Positions 56,415 through 64,000 of a stretch of DNA of 64,000 bases are shown one piece after another. The stretch lies in IMG/VR virus record IMGVR_UViG_3300009418_000017. One strand, given 5' to 3'. The translations under genes and the position numbers were made by a program. Source of the DNA: an uncultured virus (IMG/VR IMGVR_UViG_3300009418_000017). Its lineage: Duplodnaviria; Heunggongvirae; Uroviricota; Caudoviricetes. The notes under the pieces were generated by a model. That model worked only from the letters and a program-made list of their open reading frames with translations, searched no databases and had not been told where the DNA came from. Positions within the stretch are counted from its first letter, which is position 1. Each line of letters opens with the position of its first letter.

Positions 56415-56883
56415 CCTCTACATCATTCAAATCAACAATTCCGGCTATACCCTCCTCGTCAATCATTTCTTGAGCTATGGCGGCATAACCTCCCCTCAAA
56501 AACGCATCATCCCGAGCACAGGCATTGTTAATTCGAACCTTTACGGTCACCTCAAGATGCTGTGTTTCATTGCAGTGCGGTCTAAACTGCTCGCAGTTTT
56601 TCTCTGCACGATCTTGCTCATTAAGCCAGTAGAAGACCTTGTCTTTGCTCTGCTCATCCGGGTCTTCTACGACTTCACTGCCTGGCACCAACTGGATCTC
56701 ACTAACTTCGTCATCAGGAATCCCGAATCTCGACTTAAGTGGCCAAAAAGATGTTCCGTTTGGAAGGCACCACTTAACGACCTCACCCTTCTTGGTTTTT
56801 ATGTTGTAGAGGTCTTTGTAACGAAAGCCGGTGTACTCGACCCAACGTCCAAAGTCATCGTATCTATGGTTTACTTCGTTCAT
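56359..56883 (-). CDS. Hypothetical protein
   Basis: Coupled to the sbcC stop. Confidence 0.55.
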   Translation of the reverse strand: MNEVNHRYDDFGRWVEYTGFRYKDLYNIKTKKGEVVKWCLPNGTSFWPLKSRFGIPDDEVSEIQLVPGSEVVEDPDEQSKDKVFYWLNEQDRAEKNCEQFRPHCNETQHLEVTVKVRINNACARDDAFLRGGYAAIAQEMIDEEGIAGIVDLNDVEVVKAKEVKVEADSSESPY

Positions 56884-58808
56884 TACTCCACCAATGTTGC
56901 TTGACCGTCACGTTTGACGACCGTTACTTGTTGACGAATCCAGTCTCTAAGCTCGTTATGACTGATTACCAGTACTGTTCCGTGTGTACGTGCACGTTCA
57001 TCAAGTACATTCATCAATCGCTCAAGGCCGGCTGTATCGAGTGCATGGTCTATCTCATCACCGATATACAGATCGATGTTTTTAACAGCTCGGGTAGACA
57101 CCAGATCTTGCAATGCCAAGTTTGTTGACAAGCGAACCTTGCGCTTCTCGCCGCCTGACAGCGCCTTGAATGAGTTGCCGCCTGTCTGAGATTCCACATC
57201 AATCGTGAACTTCTCAGTCAGCTCGCCGTTGGCCTTTTTGCTTAGTGTTTGCCATGTCGCCGTAATGTTGCCGTCTGACAGCGCTGACAAGTACTCCGCC
57301 GTTCTCTGGTTAAGATAAGGCGTTACCGTGTCGAGAATATGAGCACGAACACCCGAATTCCCGTAAACTTCTGCAACTTCCTTCATCACCTCAACAGTCT
57401 CAGCTTGCTCTTCAAGATCACTTATGACCTTTTCATAGCTCTTCTTCTGGTCAGCCAAACGCTTCTCAAGACGCTCAATACTCTGCTTGTGAGGGTTAGA
57501 CTCATCACTTTTGGCGTGCTCGAGCTGTATCTTTTTAGAGTCAATTGACTCCTTTTCGCGCTTAAGGTTATCAACCGCTCGTTGATATTCGTTTCGCTGA
57601 TTGAAAAGCGCCACGATCTCAGAATCATCGAACTCCGGCGCCTCTCTTCTGGCCACATTCAATTCTGTTTGAGCATCGTCAAGCTGCTTCTCAAGGTCGG
57701 CAAGCTTTGGCTTCTCCTGCTTTATCTCGGCCATTAACTCGTCAAGGCGCTTCTTGCGGACTTCAATGACATCAGCCATGTCATGCTCCGAGTAAGGCTT
57801 GCCACACTCGCGACAATCAGTGCCAATTAGCGACTCACTGTTGTCTATTTCACCCTTGAGCTTTCTCGCTTCATTGGCCAACTGACTCAGCTCAGCCCGA
57901 ACCTTGCTGTGCTCAGCCTGGACTGCAGAAAGGTTTGCCTGTTTCTGAGCCTCATAAGCTTTGTGCGCTGCTTTGGCTTCTGTTCGAGACTCTTCAATTT
58001 CCTTTATCTTGTCTTCAATTGAATCGTCTTTCTTACCCTTCAGCTCGGCTGCTTTTTCTCTAACAGAAGCGGCCTTTTCTTCAATTTCTCGCTCAAGGTC
58101 TGCCACAACCTGCTTTTGGCGCTCTTCGTGCTCTTTAGCCTGAGACTTGGCTTGCTCCAAATCTTCTTTTGTTGTCTGCAAGCTGCGAGCTTCAAACTCC
58201 TTGCTTTGAGAAAGTGTTTCGTAATCCCGCTTTGCATCCTTCAGCTTGTCTTTGGCCAACTTATAGGCGTTTTGCAGTCGAGTGATTCCGGCTGCTTCTT
58301 CAACAATGGTCTTTAGCTCTTTATCGGTCATGGCGGGTAAGTCCACCTGAGCCTCTTGAGCGCTATACACGGACGCATTGAAGATTTCTTGACTGCAACC
58401 TAAGACTTCTACAATTTTCGCCTGAGTGAGCTTGTCTGTGCCGCCTGTGAGCGATTCTTCTTTGCCGTCAGCAATACGAACAAGCTGAACCGAATTTTTG
58501 AACTCTTTGTGCTTGCGATACCGGGTTACCACGTACTTGTCGTCACCGTCGATGATCTCTACCGACACCGAGCAATTTTTCTTGGCTTTTCGGTTAACAA
58601 TGTCGGTAGGTGAAATGCCCCGAGCTGTCACGCCAAACAGACACCAACTTATTGCATCAGCAATAGTTGATTTACCGGCTCCGTTTGAGTTCTGACTTTC
58701 GTCATGCTCGTTCTCGCCCTGTATCAACAGAAGCCCTCGTTGCTGAAGGTTAATCGATGCTTCACCGATTGCCATGAAGTTAATGATATTTACGTCGCCA
58801 AAGTGCAT
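56883..58808 (-). CDS. sbcC: SbcC/Rad50 (gp46-like) ATPase
   Basis: NGAGKST, coiled coils with CREC hook, LSGGEK, IGDE, ISH. Confidence 0.93.
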   Translation of the reverse strand: MHFGDVNIINFMAIGEASINLQQRGLLLIQGENEHDESQNSNGAGKSTIADAISWCLFGVTARGISPTDIVNRKAKKNCSVSVEIIDGDDKYVVTRYRKHKEFKNSVQLVRIADGKEESLTGGTDKLTQAKIVEVLGCSQEIFNASVYSAQEAQVDLPAMTDKELKTIVEEAAGITRLQNAYKLAKDKLKDAKRDYETLSQSKEFEARSLQTTKEDLEQAKSQAKEHEERQKQVVADLEREIEEKAASVREKAAELKGKKDDSIEDKIKEIEESRTEAKAAHKAYEAQKQANLSAVQAEHSKVRAELSQLANEARKLKGEIDNSESLIGTDCRECGKPYSEHDMADVIEVRKKRLDELMAEIKQEKPKLADLEKQLDDAQTELNVARREAPEFDDSEIVALFNQRNEYQRAVDNLKREKESIDSKKIQLEHAKSDESNPHKQSIERLEKRLADQKKSYEKVISDLEEQAETVEVMKEVAEVYGNSGVRAHILDTVTPYLNQRTAEYLSALSDGNITATWQTLSKKANGELTEKFTIDVESQTGGNSFKALSGGEKRKVRLSTNLALQDLVSTRAVKNIDLYIGDEIDHALDTAGLERLMNVLDERARTHGTVLVISHNELRDWIRQQVTVVKRDGQATLVE

Positions 58809-58810
58809 GA

Positions 58811-59884
58811 TTAAGCCTCCACTTCCTGCAGCACTGCCAGTGCTTCTTTCACAACACGGTTCTTGCGAATAGAATCGCGTGATTCAACATAGCTCTCAAT
58901 TGAGCCCTCTAGCGTCTCTGACTTTTCAGTATCAACACTGTCCTTGCGCTCAGTGACGTTGGTCTTCGGTGTAGCAACAATTGACACACCAAGTGCGCCC
59001 CTCTCTTTCATGTCGTTTTTCAGAGAGCTTGATTCTTCAATGCTTAGCTCAGAAGCACGAACACGAACGAAATTACCGGGTACGTGGTAAACAGCGTCTT
59101 CGTAATCTTCCTCTTCGCTTATCAAGTCCATGTTCACGTCTACGAATTTAGGCGCCTGAGTTTCAAAGTGCTTGACGCTGTCACCTTCAACCAGTATGAA
59201 TCCGGCTCTGGAGCTAATATCGCCAAAGTTCTGATGTGTTAACGCACCAACAGACACAACCGACTTGTCATCGTCTATGTCAAACACTTTGTGATTGTGG
59301 TAATGACCAAAGTAGAAGCGCTTGGCTTTATACTTCGCAAGCTCTTCGTATGAGAAGCCGTGATCGGGTATGCCGCTAATCACGCCGTTCAATTGCGCGT
59401 GCAGGTGAACATGAGCGTTTCCGTTACTATCATCCAACTGATTGCTAAGCTCTTCACGCAAGTCATCCAGGTTTGCAAACCAGGGCATTAATAGCGTTTC
59501 TTCGTCAATCCAGGTTGGTTCTGTCACAACATTGACACCGACACCCTGAAGCGCTGAACTGGCGTTAGACACCCACTCTGAGTCACGACCTTCTAAGTCA
59601 TGGTTGCCGGCTATCATGTGAATGCCGTCTTCAAACTTACCTTCGTACTCTTTGTACAGGTTTAGTACCGGGTTCAAAACGCTCGGAATGATTTTTCCGC
59701 GAACATGAAAGCAATCGCCGTCATGGATAACTCGGGTAGCACCCTCTTTCAGAGCGTGCTCAAACGCTTCTCGGGTTGCCTCTATGATATGCAAAAGTCG
59801 GCTGTTAACGCCGTCCACAGTTGTGCTGAATTGGTCGAAATTGTGATAGTGAGTGTCACTTATCAAGCAATCGAATCTGTTCAT
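58811..59884 (-). CDS. sbcD: SbcD/Mre11 (gp47-like) nuclease
   Basis: SDTH, GD, GNHD, GHYH metallophosphoesterase motifs. Confidence 0.92.
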   Translation of the reverse strand: MNRFDCLISDTHYHNFDQFSTTVDGVNSRLLHIIEATREAFEHALKEGATRVIHDGDCFHVRGKIIPSVLNPVLNLYKEYEGKFEDGIHMIAGNHDLEGRDSEWVSNASSALQGVGVNVVTEPTWIDEETLLMPWFANLDDLREELSNQLDDSNGNAHVHLHAQLNGVISGIPDHGFSYEELAKYKAKRFYFGHYHNHKVFDIDDDKSVVSVGALTHQNFGDISSRAGFILVEGDSVKHFETQAPKFVDVNMDLISEEEDYEDAVYHVPGNFVRVRASELSIEESSSLKNDMKERGALGVSIVATPKTNVTERKDSVDTEKSETLEGSIESYVESRDSIRKNRVVKEALAVLQEVEA

Positions 59885-59932
59885 CTTTTAATCTCGCTTG
59901 TCTTGCTGAATGTATTTCAATACTTACATAAA

Positions 59933-60385
59933 TTAAGCTCGGGTTAAATAGATAGCCGTTAATTTGTTTGACTTTAAAACCCAATTCTTTCCATAACTTT
60001 TCACCAGTGCATCAAAAACAACCGGCACAAAGTGCTCATCTTGGTTGGCCAGGGCCATGTGATTTCTCTCGCCGTGTTCTAAAAGAACATTGTCGAAATC
60101 ACCGGCTATCGTCATCACAACGGCGCAATCTAACCGCTCACCCTTGCATTCCAGTGTAATGATGTCACCCGGCTTTAATCGCTTATGCCATGCACTGTGA
60201 AGCCGCATTGTGTTGAATATCTTTTGATCGGTTCCGTCCAACCATTTTATCGGCAATATCGGTCTCATTTCCTGACACATTTGAACGTCACCTCGAAACT
60301 CGCAGTTTAAAGAGCATTCACTGCAAAGCGTTTCCGTCGATGACGTTTGAAAACCTGCTTCCATGCGTTTTAGAACTCTCATCAC
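59933..60385 (-). CDS. Hypothetical protein with Cys cluster and ASCH/PUA-like region
   Basis: CSECSLNC; FNTMRL...LKPGDIITL. Confidence 0.55.
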   Translation of the reverse strand: MMRVLKRMEAGFQTSSTETLCSECSLNCEFRGDVQMCQEMRPILPIKWLDGTDQKIFNTMRLHSAWHKRLKPGDIITLECKGERLDCAVVMTIAGDFDNVLLEHGERNHMALANQDEHFVPVVFDALVKSYGKNWVLKSNKLTAIYLTRA

Positions 60386-60400
60386 TTCTCCCGTAGATAT

Positions 60401-60430
60401 AAAAAATGCGACACCGTTAGTGTCGCATTT
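60401..60430 (-). terminator. Intrinsic terminator after recA
   Basis: AAATGCGACAC-CGTTA-GTGTCGCATTT with an A-run on the left. Confidence 0.7.
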
Positions 60431-60466
60431 AATTAAAGGTAATCAATACCGATTGTATCTATTTAA

Positions 60467-61474
60467 CTAGATATTTTCCTTAAGATGCTTGATGACATCG
60501 CCGGTTAGGTCGTTGTCGTCAATATGCTTAATCAACGTTGCGCGAGGGTAAGTTTTCCCGTCAATAAACTTGATTCGATTACCGGCTCTCTCCAGAAAAC
60601 CGTTCTCCTTCATGTAATCGACAAGCGCCCCGGTTGTGTCGATACGACCGATTGACTTCTGACCGGCTCCGCTGCGCTCATACGCAATGTTCCACTTAAC
60701 TTTTTCACCGACCGACTGCGTCACTTTGTTCTTAATGATTTTCGCCGTGATTTCATGCTCATGCACGCGACCCTCTTCCGACTTCACCTTCTTGCCGAGA
60801 GAGATACGCACTGAAGCGTAAAACTTAAGCGCTTTACCGCCAGGTGTCGTCTCAGGATTGCCGAACATAACGCCTGGCTTTTCACGGATCTGGTTGAGGT
60901 AAATCATCACCACATCCATGTCATCGACGAACAGGTTTACCGCTTTCAACGTCGAACTGGTTACTCGAGCCAGTGCCGTTGTGTCGTTCATGTTGTATTC
61001 GCTGATGCCCTTTTCTGCAACAGATTTTGGTACTGCAGCTGCCACCGAATCCTGAACAATAACGATTGGCTTGTCAGCAAACTCTTTTGAGTTTCGAATT
61101 GCTTCAGCAACTTCTAACGCCTTTGTATTGCCTTCTTCCCAAGTAACCGGCTTGATATACATAAAGTGTGGTCGTTTTGTATTCAGACCTAAGTCTTCAG
61201 CGAAGTCTTTCTTGAAAGACCGCTCGTAATCCACAAAGATTCCGACACCACCGGCTTTCTGAGCGGCAATCATGGCCATTGTCGCCATTGCTGTCTTACC
61301 TGATGACTCAGGGCCGTAGATTTCATAAATGCGGCCGGTGGCAAATCCACCATCCGGGTTGCCGCTCAACACAATGTCCAACGGCAAAAGCGATGAACTC
61401 ATAAAGTGATTTTCTTCTTCAAGCCACTCTTCGTCACCTAAAAGACCGGCTAACTCTTTATCTAAACTTGCCAT
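60467..61474 (-). CDS. recA: RecA/UvsX-like recombinase
   Basis: GRIYEIYGPESSGKT, DSVAA, NQIREKPGVMFGNPETTPGGKALKFYASVRI. Confidence 0.95.
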   Translation of the reverse strand: MASLDKELAGLLGDEEWLEEENHFMSSSLLPLDIVLSGNPDGGFATGRIYEIYGPESSGKTAMATMAMIAAQKAGGVGIFVDYERSFKKDFAEDLGLNTKRPHFMYIKPVTWEEGNTKALEVAEAIRNSKEFADKPIVIVQDSVAAAVPKSVAEKGISEYNMNDTTALARVTSSTLKAVNLFVDDMDVVMIYLNQIREKPGVMFGNPETTPGGKALKFYASVRISLGKKVKSEEGRVHEHEITAKIIKNKVTQSVGEKVKWNIAYERSGAGQKSIGRIDTTGALVDYMKENGFLERAGNRIKFIDGKTYPRATLIKHIDDNDLTGDVIKHLKENI

Positions 61475-61486
61475 GCTGAATGCTCC

Positions 61487-62413
61487 TTATGCGAATAGAC
61501 GTTCAACGGTGTCTATTTGATTCGCCAAACTGATGAAATTGTTGTCCTCGAAAAACACCAAAGTTTCTTCTTTACTGAACTTAGGCTTTTCCATCTTGAG
61601 GCCGCTTGGTTTTGGCGACTTGCTCATATCCATAAGCGCTATGTTCCGCTTAAGGATCTCCAGACCGCCATTTTCGTTGCTACAAAAAGCGTTAATCTTC
61701 TTGCGAGCCCGAGTAAGCTCTTTGGGCAAGTCTTCTTTTTCAAACTCACCATTTGCCCGATAAGCTTTAATCAATTCAGCTATGCTTCCGAAATGATTAA
61801 TAACTCGCTGAGCTGTTAGCTCTCCCAGGCCACCAACGCCGGGTATGCAGTCTGAGTTGTCACCTTGCAAATACTTAGATTCGAGAAATTGCTTGGTTGT
61901 TTTAAACCCTGTCTTTTTCTCGAAACCATGAGTATCAACTACCTCATCGTTATGTAGGTTGTACCAGTGAACGAACGGGTTAACCAATTGCAGCCAGTCC
62001 TTGTCACCAGTCACAAGCAAAACACGCTTGCCGTTGTCCGATAACTTTTTGCTTATCCAATAAGCCAGGTCATCAGCTTCTAAACCTTCATAGCTCAATT
62101 GCTGAATGCCCATCTTTTCGAGCGCTTCTTTGATCAGGGGTCGCTGCTTGCGGTATTCTTCCCGCTCAGCCGCCACTTTCGGATTGTCGTCACGCTTTGA
62201 TTTGTACTCAGGGTATATGTCAAAGCGGAACTGACAGTGCTCGTCCCACAGACAGATAATTCGAGCGTCAGGGTTTAAGCGCTTAAACTTGATCATCTGC
62301 TTGATACTTTGAAACACGGCTTGAGTTTGGTTACCGTCTCCGTCGTTAAGCTTGCGAGTGCTATTCGACTGATAACCCACCGCATTCATATCAACCAAAA
62401 TTACGTTATACAT
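61487..62413 (-). CDS. 5'-3' exonuclease / flap endonuclease
   Basis: YPEYKSKR, EADD, TGDKDWLQL, GDNSDCIPGVGGLG. Confidence 0.93.
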   Translation of the reverse strand: MYNVILVDMNAVGYQSNSTRKLNDGDGNQTQAVFQSIKQMIKFKRLNPDARIICLWDEHCQFRFDIYPEYKSKRDDNPKVAAEREEYRKQRPLIKEALEKMGIQQLSYEGLEADDLAYWISKKLSDNGKRVLLVTGDKDWLQLVNPFVHWYNLHNDEVVDTHGFEKKTGFKTTKQFLESKYLQGDNSDCIPGVGGLGELTAQRVINHFGSIAELIKAYRANGEFEKEDLPKELTRARKKINAFCSNENGGLEILKRNIALMDMSKSPKPSGLKMEKPKFSKEETLVFFEDNNFISLANQIDTVERLFA

Positions 62414-62476
62414 GGTGTGAATCTCCAGTGAAGAGAAAGGGGGCTAACGCCCCCTTTTAAAGTTACCGAGTGAACC

Positions 62477-63559
62477 TTACAGGTCGCCCAAGATGTCGTC
62501 TAAGTCATCGTCGCTTGAAGACTCAGCTACCGGCGCGTCTCCGCCTACAACTTGCTTTTCTTCAGAAGCCTTTTTCTCAGCTTCAGCTTTGGCTTTGGCT
62601 TCTTCTTCAGCTTTCGCCTTAGCTTCCGCTTCTTTGCGCTGTTCAGCTTCACGCTTAGCCTTAGCTTCTTCTTCGGCCTTAGCCTTTTCTTCGGCTTCCT
62701 GGTCGTCAGATTCAGACTCAACAACCTTCTCTTCTGAAGCTTCTGCTTCAGGCTCGTCAGCCGGCTCGTACTCAGCATCTTCAATGCTTTCGTCCAACAT
62801 ATTGTCGAGTTCACGGCGCTCACTGGCTTTGTTCTCAAGAGCTCGACCACCATCAGCAACTTCGATGCCGACAATAGAGCCAACAGTAGCGATTGCCTTA
62901 TTGACTCGCTCCTGCTCCCAGTTCTGAGCTTTAATCCACTTGTCGATGTCCTTGCGAGCTTCTAACTGCTCTTTAGTCACGTCTTTAACGTTATTCTTAG
63001 GCGATGTCGGCATGACTGTATATTTACGGTCAAAACCCGAGCCTGTTGCGTTAACAGTGATATCAAGGCCGTCTTCCGTTGCAATGATTTGCTCACCGTA
63101 CTCTTCAAACAGACTGATAATGTCGTTTTCAAACAGTGAACGTGGAATGTCGATCACTTCAACGCTATCATCTGAGCGCTTGTCACCACGCACAACAACG
63201 TTTAGCAAAATACGATTACCGGCGTTCGCTTTCTTAAGCGCTTTAACGCTGTCATCACTGTCATTGATTTCACCCATAGACTCGCGAACATAGCCAAACG
63301 CATCGCCAATAGCGTTACAGGTCGGACACTCTTCGTCGTAAGTTGCGCGAGGGCATACATGAACACCTTTCAAGTCGCCTTTTGCATCTTTTACAAAGTG
63401 CATACCAAAATCGTGAAAAAAGGTGTCGTCGTCTTCGCGCCAACCCGGTAGGATGCGCAACTGCGTTTTGCCTTCTTTCAGTTTATAAGCACTATCGTTA
63501 CCTAGTTTGCGTTCTTCAGCTTGTTCTTTGCGTTTCTTGATGATGTCGTTTAGTTTCAT
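62477..63559 (-). CDS. Single-stranded DNA-binding protein, T4 gp32-like
   Basis: LRILP, H..C..CPTC zinc site, EAK-rich linker, acidic tail DDDLDDILGDL. Confidence 0.8.
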   Translation of the reverse strand: MKLNDIIKKRKEQAEERKLGNDSAYKLKEGKTQLRILPGWREDDDTFFHDFGMHFVKDAKGDLKGVHVCPRATYDEECPTCNAIGDAFGYVRESMGEINDSDDSVKALKKANAGNRILLNVVVRGDKRSDDSVEVIDIPRSLFENDIISLFEEYGEQIIATEDGLDITVNATGSGFDRKYTVMPTSPKNNVKDVTKEQLEARKDIDKWIKAQNWEQERVNKAIATVGSIVGIEVADGGRALENKASERRELDNMLDESIEDAEYEPADEPEAEASEEKVVESESDDQEAEEKAKAEEEAKAKREAEQRKEAEAKAKAEEEAKAKAEAEKKASEEKQVVGGDAPVAESSSDDDLDDILGDL

Positions 63560-63568
63560 GATGTTTCC

Positions 63569-64000
63569 TTAGCCTTCTACATTCATGCCAGTTGCTTTTT
63601 GAATTCGTGATGCCGCAGCCCCACGGTCCTTTTTTGGAGCTGAGTGATAGCCTTCCAATGAAAGCTGTTCAGACTCCCTTTTGGCCAATTGCGAAATCAT
63701 TCGCGAACGTTGGTCAAACGCTTCGTTCATGCTCTTGCAAATGCCCAAAACTTCTTTCGCATCGATGACTAGGTCTTCCACCTTTCTCATCAATGGGTGT
63801 GTCTCAACTTCGGCGGCGATTGCCGGTTCAGTCTTCTTGTCTCCGCTATCGAGTGCTTGCTTGCGCACTTCTTTAGCAAGAGACGACCGAACTATTTCAG
63901 CCGCACGTTTGAGACGCTCATGTTGCTTCTGAGCTTGGCTGTGAGCGACACCGGCTAGAAAGGCCAGTGACGGCTGACCTCTCATTTCTTCATCCAGTCT
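63569..64000 (-). CDS. UvsY-like helical recombination mediator (may start beyond window)
   Basis: KKTEPAIAAEV...EAFDQRSRMI; upstream of the SSB gene. Confidence 0.5.
   Translation of the reverse strand, partial: RLDEEMRGQPSLAFLAGVAHSQAQKQHERLKRAAEIVRSSLAKEVRKQALDSGDKKTEPAIAAEVETHPLMRKVEDLVIDAKEVLGICKSMNEAFDQRSRMISQLAKRESEQLSLEGYHSAPKKDRGAAASRIQKATGMNVEG

Noticed and set aside
1..64000. tRNA/rRNA genes, transposases, integrase, repA
   Set aside because: None recognised by eye; tRNAscan/HMM searches could not be run

Overview
A 64-kb segment of a large siphovirus-type genome. Its gene content and order resemble SSU5/pHCM2-group phage-plasmids of Gammaproteobacteria; no repA, parA or integrase is in view, so the plasmid lifestyle is inferred. 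Layout: tail/head/packaging genes (1-11.3 kb, minus); a wHTH-GNAT-ABC ATPase-ParB-ParB cluster divergent from an SF2 helicase and nuclease (11.5-17.1 kb); a repeat-rich control region with short early-type genes (17-25.5 kb); about 45 accessory ORFs organised as promoter cassettes (25.5-47 kb); nucleotide metabolism and recombination genes (46-64 kb). The most notable signals are non-coding. (1) About 26 copies of a 20-bp palindromic operator, GTATnTCA-N4-TGAnATAC. (2) About 19 genes share an RBS-covering leader, ACATTCAGCAA..GCAAGG, and a stand-alone ~90-nt unit with promoter and terminator (45283-45372) carries its antisense; a second structured RNA (17095-17248) carries a split version. (3) A third small RNA (24662-24737) is antisense to the leader of gene 19359..20036. 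(4) That gene lies in a 1.28-kb zone almost free of CCA/CCT/AGG/TGG. (5) The NrdA C-terminal CxxC tail sits on the downstream thioredoxin. Together these suggest a multi-target, trans-encoded antisense-RNA plus repressor system controlling early and accessory genes. All product calls come from motif recognition and synteny, not database searches.
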